Program-made: the position numbers and the translations under genes
The notes under the pieces: model-generated
Told to the model about the DNA's origin: nothing
What the model saw: the letters and a program-made list of their open reading frames with translations, nothing else
The model's database searches: none
Shown: positions 1 through 7,489 of the stretch, piece by piece
Layout of the letters: every line of letters starts with the position of its first letter
How positions within the stretch are numbered: the stretch's first letter is position 1
Assembly (NCBI GenBank): GCA_964442165.1
Contig: CAYTXX010000004.1
Coordinates: 1-33,181 of the forward strand
Reading direction: 5' to 3'
DNA: 33,181 nucleotides
Source of the DNA: an uncultured Desulfurococcaceae archaeon
GTDB taxonomy: Archaea > Thermoproteota > Thermoprotei_A > Sulfolobales > NBVN01

Positions 1-141
1 ATAGGGAGCGCTACGTACGAGGGGAGGCATAGAATGGCTGAGGTAGTTCTTGAAAATCTAATAGCCTTCTACGAGGGGAGGGTACCCCCCAACTTAGTAA
101 ACGAGGAGGTAATTAAAGTACGCCCGCCAGGCTTCAAGTAG
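1..141 (+). CDS. C-terminal 46 codons of a D-isomer-specific 2-hydroxyacid dehydrogenase (glyoxylate/hydroxypyruvate reductase-like); the 5' part lies outside the window
   Basis: Frame 1 is open from base 1 to TAG at 139-141. It reads [46 protein letters not shown]. The pattern GSAT..., eNl.af..G..P.nlVN is the usual C-terminal signature of this family. It is not in the ORF track because no start codon lies in the window. Confidence 0.5.
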   Translation: MGSATYEGRHRMAEVVLENLIAFYEGRVPPNLVNEEVIKVRPPGFK

Positions 142-257
142 GAGGAGCTTAAGTACTTTTACCTCTACCCCACCTTTAAACCCCACAGTTTTCCGCGGAT
201 CTCCCTACTCTCAAGGTAGGAGTATTCTTGGGGGATTAGTAGGTCCTCAGCTGTGTT

Positions 258-272
258 AAGTTATTAAGCCTA
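258..272 (+). promoter_or_regulatory. TATA-like box (TTATTAAG core) for the NAPRT gene
   Basis: AT-rich gttaagttattaagcc lies about 30-37 bp upstream of the GTG at 298. This spacing is typical of archaeal TATA to leaderless start. Confidence 0.4.
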
Positions 273-297
273 TAGTAACCTCTCTTGGAGTGGAAGC

Positions 298-1476
298 GTG
301 GGGAGACCTAGGCTTTACGTAGCTAGTAAGGAGGACATAGCTGGTGGTAGGATAACCGACATATACTTTGTTAGAACTAAGAGGATCCTTGAAGCTAAAG
401 GGCTTAGAGACCTCCGCGTGAGGATGGAGGTTCACGTCTCAGACCTCCCCAAAGGTTACGATTGGGCTGTTTTCGCCGGGCTTGAGGAGGTACTCAGCAT
501 CCTCGAGGGGATCCCCCTAGACGTGTACTCTATTCCCGAAGGTACTCTAGTTAGGGCTAATACACCGGTCATGATGATCGAGGGCAGCTACGCGGATATG
601 TGCCTTTATGAAACAGCTGTTCTTGGGATCCTGAGGCAGGCTTCGTCTATAGCCACTAAGGCTGCGAGAATTAAGAAGCTAGCTGGAGATAGGAAAGTGA
701 TATTCTTCGGTCTCAGAGCTCTTCACCCAGCTATAGCTCCCTCAGTCGATAGAGCTGCGTACATAGGTGGCGTAGACGCGGTTTCGGGTGCCTTTAGTAA
801 GGACTACCTAGGTATAACCCCTGTAGGAACCATGCCGCACGCCCTAATAGTAGCATTCGGTAGCAACGTTGCTGCTTGGAAAGCCTTCGATGAGGTGATG
901 GAGCCGGATGTACCTAGGATAATGCTCGTCGATACGTTTAACGATGAAAGGGTAGAGACATTGCAGGCCGTAGAGGCTCTTGGTAGTAAACTTTATGGAG
1001 TTAGGCTGGATACCCCGAGAAGCAGGCGGGGTAGTATGAGGGAGATTGTTGAGGAGATTAGGTGGACCCTGAAAGCTCTCGGGTACCCAGATATTAAGAT
1101 AGTTGTAAGCGGAGGTGTTAACGAGAAGTCTATAGTAGAGCTTAGAGAGATTGTGGACGTGTTTGGGGTCGGGACGTCCATAGCAAGCCCCCCACCGGTG
1201 GATATTAGTATGGATGTAGTGGATGTACTAAAAGAAGGTAAGTGGGTTCCGATAGCTAAGCGCGGTAAGATGCCGGGAGCTAAGAGAGTGTACAGGTGCG
1301 GAACGCTAGACTATGAGGTGGTTCTATGGGACAGGGAGCCGTGTAGATGCCGTGAAGATATACTAGTTAAGTGGTTAGAAGGTGGTAGGCTAACTAGGGA
1401 GTACCCAGGGCCCACCCAGATAAGAGATTACGTCTTAGCTCAGCTTAAGGAGGTATCGGAGCCTACTCCACTTTAA
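298..1476 (+). CDS. Nicotinate phosphoribosyltransferase, archaeal ~390-aa type (type II PRTase fold)
   Basis: 392-aa ORF with a GTG start. N-terminus ...DIYFVRTKRILE..., central GTMPHALI and VRLDTP motifs, and a Cys-rich C-terminal tail (RCG...PCRC), as in archaeal NAPRTases. Confidence 0.7.
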   Translation: MGRPRLYVASKEDIAGGRITDIYFVRTKRILEAKGLRDLRVRMEVHVSDLPKGYDWAVFAGLEEVLSILEGIPLDVYSIPEGTLVRANTPVMMIEGSYADMCLYETAVLGILRQASSIATKAARIKKLAGDRKVIFFGLRALHPAIAPSVDRAAYIGGVDAVSGAFSKDYLGITPVGTMPHALIVAFGSNVAAWKAFDEVMEPDVPRIMLVDTFNDERVETLQAVEALGSKLYGVRLDTPRSRRGSMREIVEEIRWTLKALGYPDIKIVVSGGVNEKSIVELREIVDVFGVGTSIASPPPVDISMDVVDVLKEGKWVPIAKRGKMPGAKRVYRCGTLDYEVVLWDREPCRCREDILVKWLEGGRLTREYPGPTQIRDYVLAQLKEVSEPTPL

Positions 1477-1536
1477 GTAACCCCTCATTACCTTAAAGAA
1501 TGCTGCTCTCAGCCGCAACTTTCTTCCTTTGAGGAC

Positions 1537-1546
1537 AATATTTAAG
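1537..1546 (+). promoter_or_regulatory. TATA-like box (AATATTTAAG) for upp
   Basis: Located 28-37 bp upstream of the ATG at 1574. Confidence 0.4.
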
Positions 1547-1573
1547 TCAGGCTCTGTACTACCTTAGGGTACT

Positions 1574-2239
1574 ATGTTTAGGGTTAAGGTAGTTGATCAC
1601 CCGTACGCCCAGGCTATACTGACGAGCCTAAGGGATAGGAGAGTAAGCCAGATAGAGTTTAGAAAGGGGTTAGTCCGGCTTGGGAGGGTTTTAGGGTTAG
1701 AAATGGTTAAGGAATTCGACGTAGAGGAGTGTGAAGTTGAGACACCTCTTGGTGTAAGGACTAGGGGGGTTAGGATCAAGGACCTAGATAAGGTTGTTAT
1801 AGTAACCGTTCTAAGAGCTGCGTGGCCTCTCACGGAGGGTCTTGTTAAGATATTCTACAACGCTAAGCAGGGAGTTATAGTAGCTAGGAGGGTCGAGGAG
1901 AGGGGGATGAGGAACTACGAGTTCGATATAGAGGTAGCCTACGTTAAGGTACCTGAGGTATTCCAGGATACCACCGTCATACTAACGGACGTTATGGTAG
2001 CTACTGGGTCTACAGTCCGCGTAGCGCTAAGAGAGCTAGTCCAGCGTGGTAGAGCTAGAAGATACTTCCTAGCATCAGTAATAACTACCCCAATAGCTCT
2101 CAGCAAGATAAGGAAGGAGGTTGATGAACTGGGGATAGACCTTACCGTGTACACGGTAGCTATAGACCCCGATGTGAATGAGAAGGGCTACATAGTCCCA
2201 GGTCTTGGAGACGCTGGAGATAGAGCCTTCGGCTCTTAA
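1574..2239 (+). CDS. upp: Uracil phosphoribosyltransferase
   Basis: 221 aa. N-terminal V.DHPYAQAILTSLRD, PRPP-binding loop ILTDVMVATGST, and C-terminal YIVPGLGDAGDRAFG, the hallmark Upp ending. Confidence 0.85.
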   Translation: MFRVKVVDHPYAQAILTSLRDRRVSQIEFRKGLVRLGRVLGLEMVKEFDVEECEVETPLGVRTRGVRIKDLDKVVIVTVLRAAWPLTEGLVKIFYNAKQGVIVARRVEERGMRNYEFDIEVAYVKVPEVFQDTTVILTDVMVATGSTVRVALRELVQRGRARRYFLASVITTPIALSKIRKEVDELGIDLTVYTVAIDPDVNEKGYIVPGLGDAGDRAFGS

Positions 2240-2255
2240 GCTTCGGAGGATGTCT

Positions 2256-2351
2256 TGGTGCCGCGGCCGGGATTTGAACCCGGGTCACGGGCTTACCCCG
2301 CAACTGAAGCACGAGAGGCCCGCATACTTGGCCGGGCTATACTACCGCGGC
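2256..2351 (-). tRNA. tRNA-Glu (anticodon CUC) with an 18-nt intron at the canonical 37/38 position; 3' CCA is genomically encoded
   Basis: Reverse complement reads GCCGCGG TA GTAT AGCCCGGCCAA GTAT G CGGGC CTCTCG [TGCTTCAGTTGCGGGGTA] A GCCCG TGAC CCGGG TTCAAAT CCCGG CCGCGGC A CCA. It has a 7-bp acceptor stem, a 5-bp T stem with a TTCAAAT loop, and a 5-bp anticodon stem. The loop is CU-CUC-GA after intron removal. Confidence 0.9.
2294..2311 (-). other. tRNA intron with a bulge-helix-bulge splice motif
   Basis: The 4-bp central helix CUCU/GGGG (two G-U pairs) is flanked by 3-nt bulges CG|U and UA|A on opposite strands. The inner stem is GC/GC with a 7-nt loop. Cleavage after the second bulge nucleotide places the intron at 37/38. 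Confidence 0.75.
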
Positions 2352-2374
2352 ACCGGGACTTAATACTATTAGCT

Positions 2375-2388
2375 GGCTTAAAAGCTTT
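2375..2388 (-). promoter_or_regulatory. BRE/TATA element (AAAGCTTTTAAGCC on the minus strand) for the tRNA gene
   Basis: Lies 24-37 bp upstream of the tRNA 5' end at 2351. The same GCTTTTAAG core recurs upstream of the L40e gene and the 81-aa gene. Confidence 0.55.
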
Positions 2389-2520
2389 CGAGGGTACTTT
2401 GCGGTAGGGAGTCCTCGGTGCTTAGCACTACGTAAATGCAGGGACAACCTTACGTGCTACGTTGATGTAGGTATTACAGCTGAAGACTCTGCCTTCAGGA
2501 AGGGAGGAGGTCTAAGTAGA

Positions 2521-3702
2521 TTAAGGATACTGAGAGCTAGGTGTGATTAAGGTAGCTCTCTGGGATAGCTCTTTCTCTACCGTACTTAGTAGGTTCTTCT
2601 CTGGGACCTCGAATACTATCTCTACTATAGCCTTACTGGCTGGTACCTCTATCCCAACCCTATCGTGCCTTATGTCTAGGACGTTACACCTGTACTTAGC
2701 AAGTACTTCAAGTACTCTATAGAGAGCTCCCGGCACGTCGTCTAGGATTAGAGTTAGCTTAGTTACTCTCCCATCTACGCTGAGACCCTTAAGTATCACT
2801 CTGTATATCGTAGTTAGGTCTGCATTACCCCCACTTATTACTGCAACGATGTTCTTACCGGCTCCTGCCGCATACCCCTCGAGAAGGGCTGCCACTGGAA
2901 GCGCTCCAGCCCCCTCTACAACTAGTTTAGCTCTCTCCATGAGTAGGAACATCGCCCTAGCTATCGAGTCCTCACCTACTAGCACAACTTCATCCACCAC
3001 CTTGCTCATTAACTTGTAGGTTAGCTCTCCAACAGATTTAGTTACAACACCATCAGCTATGCTAGGCTTTACCTGTACCTGCACCGGCTTACCGTACCTA
3101 AAGGCCTCGTAGAGCTTCGGGGAGTTCCTCGGCTCAACGGCAACTACCTTAACCCTACTACCCAAAATCCTCTTAACGGCTACACCTATCCCCGAGATGA
3201 GCCCTCCCCCACCAACTGGAACTAGAACTAAGTCAGCGTCCCTAATACTCAATGCTATCTCAACCCCTATAGTCCCCTGACCAGCTATTACGTAGGGGTC
3301 GTCAAACGGGTGTACGAAGACAGCGCCCGTAGAGTTAGCTATGTCTATAGCCTTCTCGTATGCCTCGTCGTATATACTACCGTGGAGCACTACCTCAGCT
3401 CCATACGACCTAGTAGCATTTACCTTATAGGGAGGGGTGGTCTCAGGCATTACTATAGTAGCCCTAACCCCAAGCTCCGATGCTGAGTAAGCAACTCCCT
3501 GCGCGTGGTTACCTGATGAAGCAGCTACAACACCGTACTTTCTGCAACGGTCTAGCTCAGAGTATATCTTAAAGAAAGCTCCCCTAACCTTGAAGGCACC
3601 GGTCTTCTGAAGGTTCTCCAGCTTTAAGTACACGCTGTTACCCGATAGCCTTGAGATCGATAAGGAGCTGACTAGGGGGGTTCTATGTACAAACCCCTCC
3701 AT
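2521..3702 (-). CDS. Threonine dehydratase / threonine ammonia-lyase (PLP-dependent, with a C-terminal ACT-like regulatory domain)
   Basis: 393 aa. HRTPL...LKLENLQKTGAFKVRGA (PLP lysine), SSGNHAQGVAYSA, GGGGLISG glycine loop, and a C-terminal LTLILDDVPGALYRVLEVL ACT-like segment. The start is uncertain; see the finding on the upstream in-frame TAG. Confidence 0.8.
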   Translation of the reverse strand: MEGFVHRTPLVSSLSISRLSGNSVYLKLENLQKTGAFKVRGAFFKIYSELDRCRKYGVVAASSGNHAQGVAYSASELGVRATIVMPETTPPYKVNATRSYGAEVVLHGSIYDEAYEKAIDIANSTGAVFVHPFDDPYVIAGQGTIGVEIALSIRDADLVLVPVGGGGLISGIGVAVKRILGSRVKVVAVEPRNSPKLYEAFRYGKPVQVQVKPSIADGVVTKSVGELTYKLMSKVVDEVVLVGEDSIARAMFLLMERAKLVVEGAGALPVAALLEGYAAGAGKNIVAVISGGNADLTTIYRVILKGLSVDGRVTKLTLILDDVPGALYRVLEVLAKYRCNVLDIRHDRVGIEVPASKAIVEIVFEVPEKNLLSTVEKELSQRATLITPSSQYP

Positions 3703-3813
3703 AGCTTCGTTAGCTCTCCTAATCAGCTCCCAGAGGCTGTTGAGGTCCGTAGGCTATCCCATAACTGCTTAGGAGCTTCAGCTTATAACTGGCTGATAGA
3801 GTAAGCTCTGGCT

Positions 3814-4812
3814 ATGACGATAGACCTAGCTCTGATAGTGCTGGCTGTAGCTAGTGCTGTACTAAGCTATGCTATCAGTCGGGCTGTTCTATACATAGAG
3901 ATGAGGCTAGGGTTTACTGCAGTAGACATACATAAGCCCTCCAGAACTGTAGTTGCAAAATCCGGAGGGGTCGCCCTTATAATCTCCCTAGCTCTAGGAG
4001 CAGCTCTAGGGAAGCTTCTTGGAGTCTTAGAGAGCTCTACCATCACGTATGTAGTAGCCGCACTAATAGCCGGTGCTATAGGCTTAGTTGACGACATAGC
4101 GCACTTAGGTGTGAGGCTTAAGTTAGTCCTCTTCGCTTTACCGTCCCTACCTATCCTAGTCTATGACACGTACTACCCCCGCCCCTACGTACCCCCAGTA
4201 GGGCACCTAAGGCTTACGATAGTCTACCCCCTCCTAGTAGTGATAGCCTACGACGTCCTAGCCAATGCCTTCAACATGAGCGATACGCACAACGGGGTAG
4301 TACCAACGGTCTTCCTGATATACTGCACATCGTTACTCGTAGCAGTAGCCTTCCCAGGACCCGAACCGCTTAAAGGCTTCTACCCCCTACTAGCACTTGC
4401 CGTAGCTGTAGTGCTAGGCTACGCCCCGCTAAACATCTACCCCGCGAAAATGCTGAACGGCAATGCCGGATCGCACCTTATCGGTGCTCTAGTAGCTTCC
4501 CTCGTCATAGCATCACGTATGGAGTACCTATCAATGATGCTACTCATGCCTCAGATACTCAACGGATTCCTAATAATCTCCTCAGTAGGTGTAAGAGGTA
4601 AAGAATCCCTTGAAAGACCTACACGCGTTGATCAAGGAGTTATACTACCTAACTGCAACCCAAGGGCACCGCTATCCCTCGTGAGGCTCCTAGTACTCAG
4701 TAGAGGACTCACAGAGAAGGAGCTCATTAAGAACTACCTCGTAGTCCAGGTAGCAGTTAGTATAGTAGCACTAGCACTCTACTACACACTTGTAACACTT
4801 TCGACAATCTAA
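3814..4812 (+). CDS. Glycosyltransferase family 4 polyprenyl-phosphate GlcNAc-1-phosphate transferase (AglH/MraY/WecA-like)
   Basis: 332-aa polytopic membrane protein with a GLVDDIAHLG motif and NAFNMSDTHNG (a variant of the NxxNxxDGxxG motif). Confidence 0.65.
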   Translation: MTIDLALIVLAVASAVLSYAISRAVLYIEMRLGFTAVDIHKPSRTVVAKSGGVALIISLALGAALGKLLGVLESSTITYVVAALIAGAIGLVDDIAHLGVRLKLVLFALPSLPILVYDTYYPRPYVPPVGHLRLTIVYPLLVVIAYDVLANAFNMSDTHNGVVPTVFLIYCTSLLVAVAFPGPEPLKGFYPLLALAVAVVLGYAPLNIYPAKMLNGNAGSHLIGALVASLVIASRMEYLSMMLLMPQILNGFLIISSVGVRGKESLERPTRVDQGVILPNCNPRAPLSLVRLLVLSRGLTEKELIKNYLVVQVAVSIVALALYYTLVTLSTI

Positions 4813-5137
4813 CCTCCCCACCCATCCTAGGCACTCCCCCACCACACCGCTTTCACCTACTGCTAGCTAAAGGACCTAAAACCTCTAAGGTTCGGAATCG
4901 ATGCCGAGCTCGTCAGTACGTAGCCCATATCTACGACGAGCCCACCAAGCTTAGAGTAGAATCTCCATCGCTTAGGAGACCTAAGTACTAAAGCTCTCAA
5001 AGCCTCACCTTCGGTACTTAACTACGGGGTAGCCCACATTAGGGGTAGGACCTACCTAGGGAGTGCCCGTACCTGCACCTAGTTGAGACTACATTGACTC
5101 TTGCAGAACCCTTTGAAGAACCTGAGCTTAACTTATG

Positions 5138-6103
5138 CTAGCGTAGGTGTAGAACTTGCGTGGAGTAGCCTAGTTCAGCACCCCTACTTACCCAGACGTC
5201 GCAGTTCACTCCTAGCTTACCTAAAGCCCTCAGTATACCTCTTCTAGCTGCCTCTGCATAACTATAGCTATCCGTAAACCCGTAGATCGCTGGTCCCCAG
5301 CTACTCTGCCCAATACCCCTAAGGCCGCTCTCGAGCATGACCCTAGCTATCTCCTCTCCGTACTCGCTACTGAAGAACCCTCCCTGAGCTTTGCTGAAGT
5401 AGTTGCCGGCTACCTTCTGGAGGGTTTCAACCCCTTTAGTGAAGAGGTCTAGCCTCTCTAGTTTAACCCCCGAGAGGACCTCTACCAAAGCCCTGTAGAG
5501 GGTTTTCTGCTCATCAACCGGGGCAGGGCTCCTTAGGAACACCTCCTCCTCGTCTTCCCTCAGGCCCTTACCCTCAGGTACAGTTATGACCACGTACCAG
5601 GTTTTAGGGAACTTAGCTAGGGCTAGTAGCCTAGGTACGGTACCCGCCTGACCTAAAGGAACTCCAGTATCTACAGCTAGCCCCCCGTAGAGGAAGGTGT
5701 AGTAGCCTACACAGCTGTACTTACAGCGACCTAGCTTAACCATTAAGTCCTCGAGGTCCAGGTCCACCCTTCTATAGAGTGCTGAGAGAGCTATAGCTGT
5801 TGCAAGGTATATCCTAGTTATCGAACCCAGCCCTACGTGGTGCTTTACGTACCCTGAAAGCGTTACGTTTAGCGGTGCTACTGCAAGGTACTTAGAAATC
5901 CTCCTAATAGCCTCCGAAGCCTCCTCTGTAGGAGCACTAACCGAGACCTCGCTTAGCTCAGACCCCCTCGCAGCTCTAACCTCGAGGTAAGGTTCCTCTA
6001 AAGCTAGACCGATGGATCCGTAAGCTATACCCTCATCTACGTATCTGTAGAAGCCTAGGTGAATCCTATAGCCAGCCCTCACACGCGTCTCTGAAGCACT
6101 CAA
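5138..6103 (-). CDS. Beta-ribofuranosylaminobenzene 5'-phosphate (beta-RFAP) synthase-like GHMP-family enzyme
   Basis: 321 aa with a TTG start. N-terminus VRAGYRIHLGF resembles the RFAP synthase N-terminal motif, followed by the GHMP-type HVGLGSITR motif. It overlaps the upstream MptE-like gene by 38 nt, or by 17 nt if the GTG at 6082 is used. Confidence 0.55.
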   Translation of the reverse strand: MSASETRVRAGYRIHLGFYRYVDEGIAYGSIGLALEEPYLEVRAARGSELSEVSVSAPTEEASEAIRRISKYLAVAPLNVTLSGYVKHHVGLGSITRIYLATAIALSALYRRVDLDLEDLMVKLGRCKYSCVGYYTFLYGGLAVDTGVPLGQAGTVPRLLALAKFPKTWYVVITVPEGKGLREDEEEVFLRSPAPVDEQKTLYRALVEVLSGVKLERLDLFTKGVETLQKVAGNYFSKAQGGFFSSEYGEEIARVMLESGLRGIGQSSWGPAIYGFTDSYSYAEAARRGILRALGKLGVNCDVWVSRGAELGYSTQVLHLR

Positions 6104-6776
6104 CGCTGTACCCGCTCTCCCTAAGTAGTAGGAGCAAATATCTTGCCCATGAAAGCTTAGCTAGCTTACTCCCCGGATTAACCGAGACCCCGGAAGGCTT
6201 CACGAGCTCTGCAACCTGCTTAAAGTTAAAGCCGTATAGAATTACCCTCTCAGCACCCATGTAGTAAGCTAAGTAGGCAGCTCTATCGCCATCGGTAAAC
6301 CCCCCGAATACTTGTACGCGATTTGAGCACTTACACTGAGCCGTGCCAACTAGGTAACCCTCTACCTCCGGCACTAGCTTCACTACACGCTCGTAGTTAT
6401 CCCCGTGTGCGTGTACTACGTAGACCACGTCCCTAAACTTAAGGTACTTAGAGGTAACCCCATCGAGATCCGTTACTAAGACATCCGGCACTACCCCGCT
6501 CTCCACGCACTTCACGAAAGCGCTATCAGCAGCTACTAGTGTAGTATTGGGTAACCTCAGGCACTGCCCTCTTAGGAAGTCCCCGATAACAAGAACTTCC
6601 CTTCCGCTTAGTAGCTCGGAGAGCCTCCTTAAGGAGTTCCCTACGAGATCTACCCTCGTAGAGAGAACCATGTCGAGGAGGTGGCACGAGGTAAAATCCT
6701 CCTCCCTACTTAACCCTAAGCTAGTGAGGATAGTCCCGTAGAGATTCTCCCAGAAAAGGGGGTCGCGGAGATTCAT
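6066..6776 (-). CDS. MptE-like 6-hydroxymethyl-7,8-dihydropterin pyrophosphokinase (DUF115 family)
   Basis: 236 aa with PDVLVTDLDG and VVHAHGDN motifs characteristic of DUF115/MptE. Its ATG overlaps the stop of the upstream gene in an ATGA arrangement (6773-6776). Confidence 0.55.
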   Translation of the reverse strand: MNLRDPLFWENLYGTILTSLGLSREEDFTSCHLLDMVLSTRVDLVGNSLRRLSELLSGREVLVIGDFLRGQCLRLPNTTLVAADSAFVKCVESGVVPDVLVTDLDGVTSKYLKFRDVVYVVHAHGDNYERVVKLVPEVEGYLVGTAQCKCSNRVQVFGGFTDGDRAAYLAYYMGAERVILYGFNFKQVAELVKPSGVSVNPGSKLAKLSWARYLLLLLRESGYSVECFRDACEGWL

Positions 6777-7489
6777 AGCTGTACACCTAGCTTTCGCACT
6801 TCATCTACTACCGCATCGGCACACCGAATAAGCTCCTCAGACCCTAACCTTTTAACTAGCGAGATGCTGTACCTTAGTACCTCCAGCCACTTACCCAGCT
6901 CACAGAAATCTCCACTAGGTGAACTCTGTAGAAGAGCCCGTATCTTGGTGAGGTACACTAGGGACTCTACTAGCAGAGCATTGGCTCTGCTAAACGCGAT
7001 AAGGCTACCGCGTCCCTCGTACGCGTCGAGTACCTTAAGTAGGACGAAAGCTCTCGTACTACCCTCTGAAAGCAGCTTCGGTACAGCCTCTACGTGTAGG
7101 TCTACGTTGTCATCAAGTAGGTATATACCCCTACTCCTACCCTCCTTAAACTTAAGCTCCCGCGGTTCTACGACGACCCTGCAGAAAACTGTGGAGTCCT
7201 GAGTAAGCGCTAAGGATACCAACGACCCTCGGATTATGTTTCTGTATGTTCTAGTACTAACGTAGGGGGAAATGACTAGGTCTTTCCCCTGAGCTCTTAC
7301 ACCCATAGCGGCTGCGTGCGGTTTTCCGGAGCTATCTACAGTTACAACTATAGCTTCGTGATGCCCGTACCTAAGTGCTCTAAGTACCTTCTCTAGGGTG
7401 CTCTCAGCTGGTGTAGCTTTACCCAAGTAGCCCTTACTATGGTTAGCTACAGTAGATAAATGCCCTATAAAACCGTACTCTGGGTGCAA
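6773..7489 (-). CDS. DUF447-family (FMN-binding split-barrel-like) protein, commonly linked to methanopterin-type pterin biosynthesis genes
   Basis: The core EAIVVTVDSSGKPHAAAMGV...ISPYVSTRTYRNI matches the DUF447 pattern (E.IvtT...G.pN.APmGv). The longest ORF starts at TTG 7489, but promoter geometry favours TTG 7426. Confidence 0.5.
   Translation of the reverse strand: MHPEYGFIGHLSTVANHSKGYLGKATPAESTLEKVLRALRYGHHEAIVVTVDSSGKPHAAAMGVRAQGKDLVISPYVSTRTYRNIIRGSLVSLALTQDSTVFCRVVVEPRELKFKEGRSRGIYLLDDNVDLHVEAVPKLLSEGSTRAFVLLKVLDAYEGRGSLIAFSRANALLVESLVYLTKIRALLQSSPSGDFCELGKWLEVLRYSISLVKRLGSEELIRCADAVVDEVRKLGVQL

Noticed and set aside
2456-2500. Possible C/D-box sRNA fragment: TGATGT (2463-2468), an 11-nt spacer, then CTGA (2480-2483). 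Also a hairpin CTGAAG-actctgc-CTTCAG (2480-2498).
   Set aside because: The C-like box is imperfect. No matching second box pair (C with D') or terminal stem lies within 60 nt. The hairpin sits 23 nt downstream of the threonine dehydratase stop on the other strand and is more simply a 3'-end structure for that gene.
2240-2520. Whether the tRNA gene marks an integration site (att repeat or integrase remnant).
   Set aside because: I found no second copy of the tRNA 3' half elsewhere in the window. No integrase or foreign-looking genes lie adjacent, and the flanks are core metabolic genes.
4920-5040. Direct repeat GTAGCCCA(T/C)AT at 4920-4930 and 5029-5039.
   Set aside because: An 8-mer repeat within 325 bp is expected about once by chance. 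I found no further flanking similarity, so it is not evidence of a repeat element.
4813-5137. Tested whether the long gap encodes SRP (7S) RNA or RNase P RNA.
   Set aside because: Neither strand contains the conserved SRP helix-8 motif (GGCCCGGAAGGGAGCA-like). Neither contains the RNase P CR-I/CR-V motifs (GAGGAAAGTCC, ACAGAA..CGGCTTA).
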